A stretch of DNA of 64,000 nucleotides from the human T2T-CHM13v2.0 reference genome, Homo sapiens, in the NCBI RefSeq assembly GCF_009914755.1, contig NC_060926.1. One strand, 5' to 3'. Below the pieces are notes generated by a model. It was not told where the DNA came from, did no database searches, and saw nothing but the letters and a program-made list of their open reading frames with translations. This document shows positions 1-15,226 of the stretch, in pieces. The translations under genes were made by a program, and so were the position numbers. Positions within the stretch are counted from its first letter, which is position 1. Every line of letters starts with the position of its first letter.

Positions 1-19
1 ATTGCCCTGAATCTTAACA

Positions 20-1320
20 TTATCCTATTTGAACCCAGATACTGCCGGAACAAAACCCCAAGTACTTGGCATTGGGTTAGTACTCAGGTGATCAGTGGCT
101 AGAAGGTTGAAGAGTCCTGTTTTGTTTTGGCAAAATAGTTCATGAAAAGGGTTGCCTGTAGCAATCTGGAAGGCAGACCAGGTGTCTTCTGAGATGAGCT
201 CTAGGGGAAGTAGTTGAAGAGAGATGTTCATATTTGTCAGTTCCTCCATGCTGCTTAAAGCAAGTTACTGTAAGGAAGATTGCAGTTCAGGCAAGAATTA
301 ACACGTTTTGAGTAAAATTCCAGGATTAAAGGAAGAGTCCGAAAATCTGAAGTCTCATAGGGTTGGAAAACCCAACAGCTTCTGAATTCCAAAAAAGTAT
401 GAAATAAACTGGAAAAAGGCTTTGAGTGGAAAAGCCCCATTAATTCTTAGCAATTAAACAAAGAATTCAAATGGCTTTAATTGACGTCAAAACAGCCTCC
501 ATTAAGTTGAGAGAAGGAGGCATTAAGATGAGAAAGCAATGAAATAAATCAGAGTTCAGAATTATATCTGAGAAAGAAGTTCAGGGGGTCGTTACTAGCA
601 CATGAAGCTAGCTCAGAAGCACATAGTTCAGAAGCCAAGTGAGCTTTTTAAGAAGTTGTATTAGCAGAACTTGCTTTAAAAAAAGAATAAAAGAAAAAAA
701 ATAGCCCATGACTAAGGAAGAAGACTTGGCACCCAAACTTGTGCTAGCAAGGAGCAGATTGCAAAAGCTATATGGTCCCCAAGGAGGGCAAATTTACCAA
801 TGGCTCACTTTATATGAACAGGAAAAGTAAGAACCTCTTGTCAAAAAAGAACACTTTGAGGGCAGATCAGATGCTGCAGAAAACAATGAAAGAAGGAGTT
901 TGTTCTGATAGTAAATCCAGGATCTACACAAAACCTTCCTTCCCTGAAGAGCAGGGGTGGCCTTACAGTATGCACGCAGCAAGACTCCATCCTTGAAATG
1001 GACCAGCAAACACTGGGTCTCCTATCCGTTTGTTTTCTAAGGGGAATTTGTCTCTCTGTTATCCTGTGCTTGATCTGGTATTGTATACCTGCTGGTGGGG
1101 GGAAAGGGTGTGATTTTGTGTGTGTGTGTGTTGTTATTGTTGTTTTTTAGTTAGAGGTAGCTGGAACCCATGCCACCCTATCTGTACTTGATGGAGGAAA
1201 TTGCTCATCACTCAGAAATTACATACTTTGACCTGGAGACAATAACTGAATTTTTTATTAATTTTATTAATTTTCTTCTTTGGGGAAGGACTGAGTATGA
1301 CCCGTGAACAGAAAAAAAAA
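20..1320 (+). mobile_element. MaLR (MLT1) internal sequence, degenerate
   Basis: Resembles the MLT1-int 5' part (tactgccggaacaaaacc...ttggcattgg, ttgcctgtagcaatctggaaggcagacca) and 3' part (tgttatcctgtg...ttgtata, ttggggaaggactgagtatg). Followed by an MLT1 LTR. Boundaries approximate. Confidence 0.6.
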
Positions 1321-1329
1321 AAGAATCTA

Positions 1330-1847
1330 ATTGCTAGCTGTTTATCAAAATGTGTTTCCTCTCTTCCCTCTATTTCTTAGCTTACCTTAAAGTGATAAAG
1401 AAATAAATCAGATTTGAGATTTTTGTCTAAGAACTTTGGGAGTGGTTACTGGCACCTGGAACTTACCTGGAAGCAAATAGCTCATTGTTTCTTCTTTTTC
1501 CTAAACATCTCACTTTCCGTTTTAGCTGATGTTTTAGCTTACGTGAGTTTCACATAAGAGAATGTGAGTAAAAGTGACTGATGATCACCACTTTCAAACT
1601 TGATCCAGAAAAACCTTTCATATATCTTCCTCTGTACTCTAATTACTGGAAACCCTATGGGGAAGATGGCAGCACCTGTCAGTCTGGTTTGATGATTGAC
1701 ATTTTCAGTAGACCCCTAGCCTTCAAGTCCCATGGACTAGTAACACCTACATTGGACTGATTAATGAACAAGAAATAAACTGCTATTGGGCTAGCCACTG
1801 AAACCTTGGAGTTGAGCCTAACATTAGTGTTTCCCTAATGCTAATAT
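1330..1847 (+). mobile_element. MLT1 (MLT1J-like) LTR
   Basis: gaagatggcagc and the MLT1-type 3' end cattggactg...aagaaataaact...gccactgaaa...ctaatat. Confidence 0.6.
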
Positions 1848-3035
1848 GAGAGCTAATATTACCTAAACTGTATGTAGGCACACAATTCCTGATGTTCCTT
1901 TGATGAATGAAAGCTTTCACTCAAATGTCTTTAGATCCACAAATGGTAACACCTGGGCAGTCTGTTATAGACTCAGGAGAAGCAAAAACCATGAAATTTT
2001 CCTCTTCTTTTCTCTTGTTCTTTCTTTTGATTTCTGTTTATTTGCATGTAATGTACCATTTTTCCTATACTCGTTTTGACTTTTATCAGCTTACGGAACT
2101 GTTCTTTGTGATTTTCCTATTGGATTACAAAGGTTGAAAGGTGATCTCACATGCCAGTCAGAGGAGTCTGAGGATTGCACTGTGACAACTTCCTCAACCC
2201 TGAAGTCAAGGTCCGAGCAAGAGTGAAAGCCAAGAAAGCAACCCAAAAAGATGGCAGCTGTGGGAACACAGATTAGGAAAGGAGTCATCTGAGCAGCAGC
2301 AAGAACAGTGGGAGGCATCAAACTTATCCAAACCCTGAAAAAAGGTTCAGAATCAGGTGGCTCCTCCTGTGACAGAATGTGAAGGAAATCTAAGACAGGC
2401 ACACTAAGGGAGTGTCTGAAATTATTATCTCCGAGGATTCAGAGAAAATATGTGCAAGTACATATAAACTAGCTAATAACAGCAGGTAACCCAGAAGAAT
2501 TGGCCTATGTTGGGTTCCACAGTTTTTTACATTTAACCCACCAGGCACAGATAGAGTGGGCGAGGATGAAGAGTAAATGCATTTTGATATTATACACTAA
2601 CTGCAGATTGGTTCACACCCAGACCTGGCCTCATCCATGTGTATCACCCAGCACTGCATCCCAGCTGACAACAGGAGTGGTAAAAACAAAAAAAAAAACA
2701 AAAACAAAATCTCTAAATTGGATGGAATTTGAAACAACAGGAGATTGAATTTTTCTTTCTATTGTTTTTTTTCTTGGTAGTTCAAAAATGTGACATATTT
2801 ATGGAGAAGTACAGATTGTTCCTATCCAAACACAGTAGTAGTTTCTTTTCTAAAAATAAACATGGCCAATTATATTTTAGGGAGATTTATTTTAATTTAT
2901 CTTACTTTTAAACAAAAACATTTTAAAGAAAATTTCTAAAGACTTCTGAAATCTTATCATAGAACAAAACCCAACACTAAATATGACCGTGGGCATTTTT
3001 TATGGTACATAAACACTCTGCAGCTTTGTGTAAGT

Positions 3036-3160
3036 TTCACTCATTCTCATTCACCAAATATTTATTGAAAACCTACCATGTGACAATCACTATACTGGAT
3101 GAGTGGAAGTCAAAGGCAATTAAAATCTGGCAGGTGAGTTTGTAAGGAACCTATATTGTA
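3036..3160 (-). mobile_element. L2 3' fragment
   Basis: cattcaccaaatatttattgaaaacctaccatgtg is the reverse complement of the L2 3' terminus. Confidence 0.5.
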
Positions 3161-3295
3161 ATGAAAGAGACTAACCAGAAACCCATTGATTATGGAGCCA
3201 CATGACATACCTTGGTTTCCAAAAAGAGTTGAAACTCATTTTATACTCACCAAATACCTTAACAACTTGGTTTTATACCTCAATGAGGCAGTACT

Positions 3296-3540
3296 AATAT
3301 TAATAATAATAATAGCTTCTAACACTTACTGAGCTATAATTATATACCAGGCAGACTAATAAATGTTTTACATAGATTATTTCATTTTATCTTTATAAAA
3401 ACTATGAGGGAGGCAGAAAAATTAAAATTTGTCACAACTTTTCAGCTAAGGGACATGAGGCACAAAAGTATAGCAAATTTTCCAAGATCACATAGCTAGA
3501 AAGTAGTAAAACCAGAATTTGAATTCAGGTGGTTGGAGTT
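3296..3540 (-). mobile_element. MIR SINE
   Basis: (taa)n head, acttactgagc...ccaggca, and core gaggcac...ccaagatcacatagctagaaagt...atttgaattcagg. Confidence 0.75.
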
Positions 3541-4004
3541 TTTCCAGGTGGCATCTAAATATGCCATATGAGGCATGATCCATTTGAACCAGATCTTTCC
3601 TACTAAGCTATGTTAGAATAGCTGGGCCCCGGAAGTACATTCCTCTGTACCTTCAAACTATCTAGGACTAGGGTGCCCCAGTCAGTCCATATCTATTAGC
3701 CAGCTAATATCTGGGGCACTGTTCGATACACAGTATGCATTATTGGATCTGCTGATTTAAATGGTCCAGTCAATTCCTTAATCCCTCCCAAAGGTCCTAC
3801 TCATTCATGAAAATTTGCTAGATGGAAAACAATTGATTAATCTTAAGTTTTGGGTACTTCTGATTTGACCACTCTGGCCCAAAATGAACTTGTATCCCTG
3901 AGACATAAGCAGCTCCAAATTCTGAATACATACTAACCAACAAATTCTCAGAGGAAAATATCTACCAAGAGCCACTCACTTCAGGTGCTTCAGCATCTGT
4001 TACT

Positions 4005-4130
4005 TCATTCCTTTATTTATTCACCTGACAGTAGTCAGTGCCTACTAAGTGCTGGGCATTGTTAAGGCACTAAAGTTAAAACAGTAGATGTAGTTCCTAC
4101 CCTTATGGAGAAATGGTCTACTAGGAAACA
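4005..4130 (-). mobile_element. L2 3' fragment
   Basis: agtgcctactaagtgctgggcattgtt...gttcctacccttatggag. Confidence 0.55.
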
Positions 4131-5099
4131 CTATGACACATAATTCTTTGGCAATAGAATTTTATTTTGTAATTTTTTATAAACATTTATTTTAGTGTTC
4201 ATACCAACCTGCAAGATGCGAGAAAAGTTCTTATGTCATTCATTTGTGAAATTATAACAGCTCTATTTGTTGCAGATATATTTGGTAGATGAACCACTAT
4301 GAACAGGATAAAATGATTTGTCTAAATGAATACAGAATAGAATGTGGTAAGTCTGGAACAAGTTACATGACTATTCTGAACCATTAGACCCTGTAACTGA
4401 CTTTAAGTTCACATGAAGTTAGTAAATCTAGACAATCTCTTCTGAAGTCATTTCAGTAAGTGTTTCTTATTCTTAAAATCCTAGTGAATTGAAGTTTAAC
4501 TACCAGGTGACTTTAGAACTTCAGATTACAATAGAGATCAACTCTTTCTACAGCCCAGTCACCTTGCCTTTCCCCCACCAAAGTGATGGTTAAAAGATGA
4601 ATGGTTTTGAATGCTGATTTTATTCCAGCCATTACCAAAAATATGTAGTTGACCTCTCCTCCATAGATGAGCCAAACTCTTCACCACTGTACCAATAAAT
4701 ATTGGTGAATTTCTTTGCCTTACAAGGATATCTCCCTAAGAATGTTTCACTGCAAGCTGCCATGATGCATGCCAAAAGTAGCCAGAAGTAGAGAACTGCT
4801 CTGAGAGATTTCAGAAAGCCCCTTCTAGTCCACAAAACTATGAGAAAACTGCTTTCTAACATGGCCACCTTATCCTCCTCTCATCAACCTGTGGATAATG
4901 AGCACTGATTCTGAGCCCAACACTGCAGATAATGTGAACAGTAAGATATTATCCTCATCATAATGAATTTATAGAGGCAGAATTGAGAAGCAATTAAAGA
5001 AAAGAAAATAATAGATGAGCATAAAATTAATTGCCAAATTGAGTGATTCCACATCTAGGAAAAGGAAAAGGGAAAAGCACGCAACTTACATCCCAACCA

Positions 5100-5585
<486 letters not shown>

Positions 5586-7260
5586 ACCGTAACAATGTAT
5601 TTGATATCCTGTTAATAACATACTCTCCACAGTGGAAGTGGTGACTACACTGCATCATCTTTAATGTTTGTTCAATATGAGTATCTCTCCCAAAATAAAA
5701 ATATTTTAAAACTATTTAAGTGAATAAAGAAATGCAAAGCTTGCATTACTACTTTCTTCTCTATAAATCTTCTCTTCTAATTAATAAATAGTAGTACTTG
5801 CACTTTATTATTTGTGACTTCAGAAAGATGCTCGGGGAATTACACAGTTGAATTTGGGGTAGGAAAACAATATTAGCTTTAGGCATAGAGATGAATGGAT
5901 TTAGAGGCAGTAAATCAGGAAACCAAATGAGCTCTCACAGCTCAATATTTTAGAATTAGTTTCAAGTACTCAACAGACAAATCAAGAACCAACATTAAAA
6001 GCCCATAGTCAGGTATGACCTCTTGCTCTTTTTGAAATTCATATTGTGGGCTTTAAGTTGATAACATTACTTCTAATAATTACATTTTTTAGGAGCTCAA
6101 GTTGTCAGGGACCATGTTGAGTCAAATTGATAATCTCCACATAATATCTGTTGCCTATAGATTCACAACAAAATTTTAAAATTAAGAAGTTCACAATTAT
6201 TTTTTCTCTAGGTCCACTCTGCCATGGCCCTTATGAGTCAATGCTTCCTAAATGTCATTCACAAACCAAGCCTCATGGATGTTGTACTCCTAACATACCA
6301 GCTGTACTATTAATAATTCCTCTAATACTTATCTTTAAAGTGATTATCTTTTTAAACTTAATTTTAAAAGGGAATTTTCTATTATAATTAAAAGCTGACA
6401 AATCAGTTTTATTTGCCAGAAATTTGAGATTTCTATAGAAATGAATATTTTTAAGATAATGCATAAATTTGTTTTTGTGCTGCCTTAATCCATTTTGCAT
6501 GTCACCAGTTGCTTCCGTACCACACTTTAGTAAACATGGATCTTAGTCCATGCTTATTTCCCTAAAACTATTTCCAGAAAACAAGAGGGCACAGGTGGGT
6601 AGGGAGAGCGTCTTCCCTTATCTCAAGTGAGATCAGCAGAGAGGATTGCTTTTCCCAAGAGCAAAAGCTTAGGCATGTCTTTCAGATGCTCCTCACCAAG
6701 GTGAAAAAGAAAACAGTATTTTGATAGCCCAGAGGAATTGTTCCCTTTTCCCTTTTCTACTGATACCTGAGCTATCACGGATTGGTATCTGAGATGCTTT
6801 ATAAGAGGCCTGCCTCAGGCACAGGGGAAAGAGGCAATGCTGAGAGCAGAATTCAGAACCACCTGGACTCCTCACTGTGGTTGCCAATCAGGAAATGGCA
6901 GAAAAACTCAGATTAGTCTCTCCCCAGAGAGTCCCTGGTGAACAATGGCTTTTCGTTTTCTAAGGTTCAGTATAGCTTGAACATATCTACTTCTAATTCC
7001 ATCTCATCTGCAGCATGGTAACTGGGTTTCCTAAACAAAATTAACGGAAGTGTCAAGGTGAAATTGAAAGTGAAACTGGCAGCAAAGGGCAAATCTCAAA
7101 GGCCCTTAAATGGATTGGAAAGCCAAATGGCAATTTCCTTGCCTCGGGCTGGATTAAACCAAGGCAATCACATTTCCATCTGCTCTTTCAATAATTTTAT
7201 CAATACACTAGGCTTTACAAGGTTTATGTGCATGATCTTATGCTTAGTTAGAACAGGTGA

Positions 7261-7310
7261 TCACCTATATGTGATGTTTAGAATGTCACCTATATGTGAT
7301 GTTTAGAATG
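7261..7310. repeat. Perfect 25-bp tandem duplication
   Basis: tcacctatatgtgatgtttagaatg x2. Confidence 0.97.
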
Positions 7311-8807
7311 CCTCCATGACCCCAATTATATCTCCCTTCGTGGTTTGCCTATGTTCTTGAAACTCCTGGCTATTTCTTTGGAAACAAAGTTACGAAGGTC
7401 ACTATTAAAGAGCAAATGTGAATCCAACCCACTAAGGCAGATGCAGCTCTCAGCAGCAGCCAGACACAAGTTAAATGTTGGGATTACACATTTAGTCACT
7501 CAGATCTAGGGTTTTGGGTCAATTTAGGCAAAGGAACATGTCAAAATCACTTAAAAGTCTTTTCAAAATATATATTTCGATTCTCCAAAGTCCCAGATAT
7601 TCTGACTCTGGGAAGTCAGAGGTCTGGGAAGACAGCCAGGAGGGTACCATGATAGGGTTGAAAATGCAAGAGACCTCTTGTTAGAACGCAGGTGGGGACA
7701 AAGGGGAATAGAGGCATTCTTAGGAGAACTCCTCCCTATTTTATACAAACTTGTCTATATCTTTGAGGTGACAGTCATGGTAAAAGAGCTCAATTTCCAA
7801 CAATTATCCATTTGTGAATGAATAAGGTGTTAGAAACTATTAGCCTACAGTATTGCTTTTTGTCAGTCTGTCTCTTTCCTGCAGGGAGCATGCAGTGCCT
7901 GCAAACACCGCCAGCAGCTGGGCATCATGGGAATGTTCCTGCTTTGGGGATGTATTCATCGCACTTAAGAAAGCTAATCTGCTCTCCAAGTCTGCTGTGC
8001 CGCCTCCTGCTTTTCCTTTATTCTTACAGATATGGGAGCTCAAGGAAGACAATCTGGGAAACTCAGGTTTCAGCAAGCTATGCATATTATAAGAAGAGTG
8101 AATTCTCCCTCCCTCCCTCTCTTGCAAAATACTCCCTACTTAAATTGCAAACCTTGGAGCCAACACGTCTGGCACTAGCTGCCTCATCATTCATAACCTT
8201 GTTATGCAAATAAAACAAAGATAAATTAAAATTCTAATGGAACCCTAATCAAACAAAGTAGCCCCCAAAAAGCATTCTTAAATGATACCAAATTCCAGTA
8301 CATCCCTGATTTGTGTTTGTTGTCATTTTTTAAGCAGTTAAGCAGTTGAGCTGAACAAAAATAGACGATGAATGTTCTGCTTGATATTTCTAATTTTCAT
8401 GCATTTGATGCTACGCATTCTTTGATAAAACTTCCCCAAATGATGGGAGTAGGTTGAATCTTGGCCCTTAAGTGACAAAAGCAGAATCAAAGGAGAAAAA
8501 GTAGACGTTTAAATGGATCCATGGAGCCTGGACAACTGAGAACATACCTTCCAGAGGCTTTATTTATATTATTGCTGGAGGCCCGGGCAGTATCACCTTG
8601 GCTATTTTAGAGACTATGCCTCCGCCTCCTCACATAAAATCATGCTGTTCAGCCCTCTTAATCTCACCCAAAGCCTCCACGAAATGTAAATATTTATGAC
8701 TCACAAGCTGCACTTCCTTCACCCTGTTCAATATTATTCTCCCACAGAACACTGCGTTTCTTTAAGGTAGTTGCAAGGCCTCCTCCCTGAGGAAAACTAA
8801 AATTTTT

Positions 8808-9185
8808 TTTTATTATACTTTAAGTTTTAGGGTGCATGTGCACAACGTGCAGGTTAGTTACATATGTATACATGTGCCAAGTTGGTGTGCTGCACCCATT
8901 AACTCGTCATTTAACATTAGGTATATCTCCTAATGCTATCCCTCCCCTCTCCCCCCTTCCCCCACCCCACAACAGGCCCTGGTGTGTGATGTTCCCCTTC
9001 CTGTGTCCATGTGTTCTCATTGTTCAATTCCCACCTATGAGTGAGAACATGCAGTGTTTGGTTTTTTGTCCTTGTGATAGTTTGCTGAGAATGATGGTTT
9101 CCAGCTTCATCCATGTCCCTACAAAGGACATGAACTCATCATTTTTTATGGCTGCATAGTATTCCATGCTGTATATATGCCACAT
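8808..9185 (-). mobile_element. L1PA (L1PA4-like) 3' fragment, 5'-truncated
   Basis: L1 3'UTR plus ORF2 tail on the minus strand. Perfect 17-bp TSD ggaaaactaaaattttt at 8791-8807 and 9186-9202. Confidence 0.95.
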
Positions 9186-9547
9186 GGAAAACTAAAATTT
9201 TTAAGAATCTTACTGCTACTTGCCCCGAGAGGGCAGATGATTATTCTGAATTTCTCTCAGGGAAAGACCTTGTTGACATAAAAAGTTTTTGAGAGACTTC
9301 CTATCACATTGACCACACAGGAATTTTTCTAGGAGCTCCCATTAATGAAATAGAAAATGGAACTAGAGTGAAACAGAAAACTATCAGGTGTGTGCTCCCA
9401 TTTGAGTGGCATGGAAAAGCCCCCATGGCCAAAATCATCTCTCCTGCTGGTCCTTCAGTAGTTAGACAACAGTGCCGCCTGCAAAGAACCCTTGATCAAT
9501 TCCCTTTCTTATCCCTAGAGACTGTGTCTAACAGAAATCTGGGGAGT

Positions 9548-9735
9548 AGAAAGCCAGAAGACCTGGGTTCAACTCCCAGTTCTACCCAGTTCCTGGCAGT
9601 GTTGTTTTGGACAAGTAATAATGTATCTGGCCTCAGCCTCAAAATGATAGAGAATAAAACTTGTTAAGCTTACTTGGAGGAGTATTTGTGGGGATCCAGA
9701 GGGATGAATGTGAAAGCATTGTGAAAACATTTAAG
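9548..9735 (+). mobile_element. MIR SINE
   Basis: agacctgggttcaactccc...ttggacaagt...gcctcag...atgtgaaagcattgtgaaaac. Confidence 0.65.
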
Positions 9736-10489
9736 GGATCAGCAAATATTATCTAAGAAAGAGTATGCGAATAAAATCATCCAGTAGAAATGATCTTTAA
9801 AAGTTTGGCAATGTGGAATTATCATCAACTCACCCACTGGACACCATGGTTCTACATCATCATGCTAACCCATGCAGTTCATTGTGTGGAATTCTCACAG
9901 TTGAACTCCTCTGCCTCTTTCTGCCTTCATATTGAAATTTAATACATATTCAAAGAGAGTATGCAATTTACCTGAGCCTCCCGCCTTACACACATTCTCC
10001 TTCTATGCATCTTTAAAAATGACTTCCTGGAAGATGACTTTAAGATTTTAGAAGCATAGAACACTTTAGAAATGTATAGGTTGAAAATCTTCCTATCTGC
10101 AGCATTGTGACTATAAAAGTTTACAGATGACAGAAGGAGTGTGACTCAGGGTAGGGTCTGGCCTTCTAGATTAATGACGGTTGAGCATTCATTTATGAAG
10201 GGAGCCCATGTCTAATATTTCTATAGATAATGAGTCAGCAGGCTCCTATGTTATCCAACCAACATAAAATGGAAACAGGTACAGGATGTATGCAAATCTG
10301 TGTCCGTTTAAAAAGTATAAGTTTGTTATTACATCATCTTGATGTGCTCGGAATTTTCCTTTACCAGAAAATATTAATAAGAAAAGGAAGCACATGTTTA
10401 AGCCAATAGAATTAAAAAGAAATCATGCAATGACTATCAGAACCCAAAGCTGAATATGAAACACATTTCAGGCTTTGACTGATGATAAG

Positions 10490-10632
10490 AAGAGAATTGA
10501 AATATCTGACCTGAACTCTAAGACCACCTATTTATCTTACTTGGCTTGTGCCATGGCAAGTTAACTAACTTTCCTAAGACTCAATATCATGTCAGGCTTA
10601 CTCCACAAATTTGTTGAAGATAAAATGAAATG
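10490..10632 (+). mobile_element. MIR fragment
   Basis: ggcttgtgccatggcaagttaactaac...ctcaat...gaagataaaatgaaat. Confidence 0.5.
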
Positions 10633-11811
10633 TAGGATCCTGGACTTCTGGCCATGATGCAATAGCATGTATCAGAACAACTATTTCATTGGGAACAATT
10701 ACACAATCTGAATAAAATGCAAAATATAACTCTTTGAAGGCATTAGTGAACAATGAAGGCAGCCAGGACTTGAGGGGCCAAGTTTCCAGAGAGAGGGAAA
10801 ATACTGATGTGAGCTACATATTTGTCTCTGCACTTTACTCAGGGAATTTGCTAATTACATGGATAACAGAAGGAGGCTGAGTGGAAAGCAGTGGCCTAAA
10901 GCTTGCAACCATTTCAATGGGCTGCATAAACAGAGGTTGGAATTCAGGGCTTCCAAGTCAACGGAGACTGAGGGACCAAAATCCATAAGCGGTAAGCCCA
11001 AAATTCTGTGTGCAATTTCTCCTTAAGACATTTGCCAAATCCTAAACTGTGGATGGCTCAGATTGAGACACCAAGAAATCAAATGGAAGGCAACAGCTAA
11101 GAGACCAAAAGGCTGAGCAAAGATTTCAGCTGTCACATGGAGATGTAGGTAGGAGTTCATGTAAACACTCCAGTATCTCCAATGAGAACCCAGAAAGGTT
11201 ATGCCCTAGGAAAAAAAAAAAAAAGTCCTACGAGTAAGGACAAACCAAAAATAGATCAAACCCTGAAGCCCAGTATTGACTGAAAAGATGATGATCTGTT
11301 TATAATTTATCTACCTGCCAGAAAAGATGTTGTGTAAGAAGTAGATATCATCACCCAGGGCTTCTATAATATTTTATATACAATGTTTAACATTCAATGC
11401 AAAATTACTAAATATGTCAAAAACAGGTCAAAATGATCAAAAAACAAGAAAAATAATCAGATCAATTTATTGAACATTTCACTATTGCAATTATCGGATA
11501 GAGTTCTTAAATAACTATAACTAATATAGCCAAGAAAATAATAAAAATATAGAGAATTTCACAGGAGAAATAGCACTTAAGTCAAATGGAAATTCTGGAA
11601 TGGAAAAATATAATAACTGAAATTAATTTAATTAAATTAATAAACGATATTAATTTAAAATTCAATAAGAAGGTTTAATAGAAGAGTGGTCAAAGAAAGA
11701 GAATTAATAAACTAAAATAAAAATTATTAAAAATATCCAGATTATAGCAGGTAAGAAAATTAAAGAAGAAAATACAGAAAAGAATATACATCACATCTAA
11801 AAAATGTATTT

Positions 11812-13700
<1,889 letters not shown>

Positions 13701-14724
13701 TATGTATTTGGAATCCCAGAAAGGAAGGAAAGGAGAAAGAGGATAAAACAAAAATATTAGTTAATGAGACAATGGCCAAATTTTCCAAAACTGACCAAGG
13801 CCAGTAAGTCACAAATTCAAGAAGCTCAGAACCTACCAAGCACACTGACAACTGCACCTAGGTACAATATAGTCAGACTGCTATAAACCAAAGACAGAGA
13901 AAATCTTTAAAGCAGTCAAGTTGAGGGGCATGTGGGGAAAACACTACTTTCCAAGGAGCAAAAATTAGACTGATAGATTACCTTTCAATAAAAACAACTA
14001 GACACAAATATAGGAAGACAAATTTAAAGAGCTGGAAAAAATTAACTGACAAGCTAAAATTCTATGTCAGAATAAAGGCAAATAAATGCAGAATGTAAAT
14101 CATTTTAATGAATGTCAAAGCACTATAGGAAAATACAAGGAATAAAAAGTAACTAGATGCTGACTTTTTAAATCTTCATTCAGAAAAAATGTGATGGTAG
14201 AAGAAAGTTGTGAGTTCAATATCTGTCAGGCAAGCTTTGTTCTTCTACAGAATAGCAGACTGAAACCTTAGTATGGACCAGACTTCTCAAAAAGAGGTAT
14301 CTTGAGGAGAAAAAAGGAGCTATTCGAGAAAGAACATGTGAATGAATCATCAAAAATCCTACCCTCTTGTCATGGAATTAGTTTGTATGTATCACTTTTA
14401 GACACCTCAATCTACATTAAAGTTGATTTTTTACTCCCTGCACACATACATACACTCTACTCCCCAAATATAAGCTATAATTAGGTCCAAAAACCAAACA
14501 ATATACAAGCACAGAAACAAACTTTCAAGCTATTTCTAAAGTCCTATAGGGATGATGAATGCTTAATATGTAGATTTTAACCATTATCTGTTATTGTGAA
14601 TCTCTCATTTCTTTAACTTCTGAATTTTCTTAGGAAAGGTTTTATAATATAAATATTTTTATTAACAAATTACTAAGTGTTTGTATGTATTAGGGGCAAG
14701 GGGGACACTAAATTGGGGACCTTC

Positions 14725-14895
14725 TGGTTATTAGGTACCTAATGTCTTCCAGGTAGTGTGCTGAGCACTTTACCAGAATTCTATCATTTTATTCTTACAT
14801 TAATCCTATCAAGTATTATCATCTTTATTTTAAAAGGTAGAAATTGAAACAAAAGGAGAAATCTCTCAAGATTTGCACAGCTAGAAAGGGAAAAG
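14725..14895 (-). mobile_element. MIR fragment
   Basis: ccaggtagtgtgctgagcacttta...cattttattcttaca...tattatcatctttatttt...caagatttgcacagctagaaag. Confidence 0.6.
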
Positions 14896-15059
14896 CTCAA
14901 CAAAATCGCACAAAAATGTTAACGTTATTTCTGATTCTTAGAAATATTTAAGAAGAAAATCATGTGTTTGCTATATTTGCTAATTGATGCATGATTCTTC
15001 AGATATAGTAGGCATTTTGAATGCAAGGATCTTGAGAGAGGACATTAACTCTTCCAGAA

Positions 15060-15226
15060 TAGAGAGGTCCAATAAAACTTTCTGTGATTGTGATGCCTAG
15101 TATAGTAGCCACTAGCCTCATGTGACTACTAAGCACTTAAAATGTGGCCTGTGTGACTGAGGAAATGAATTTTTAAATATTCATTTAGATTTAATTGATT
15201 TTAATTTAAATAGGCACATACAGCTA
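15060..15226. mobile_element. MER3-like hAT-Charlie MITE
   Basis: gtccaataaaactttctgtgat...tagtagccactagcctcatgtgactactaagcacttaaaatgtggc...tgactgaggaa...ttaatttaaatagg. Confidence 0.7.

Noticed and set aside
25-1009. Four short ORFs at the window start
   Set aside because: They lie in degenerate MLT1 internal sequence and resemble no protein I recognise.
1461-1469. Perfect minus-strand donor CAG|GTAAGT (also AAG|GTAAGT near 61150)
   Set aside because: I found no convincing partner acceptor, and isolated consensus donors are expected by chance.
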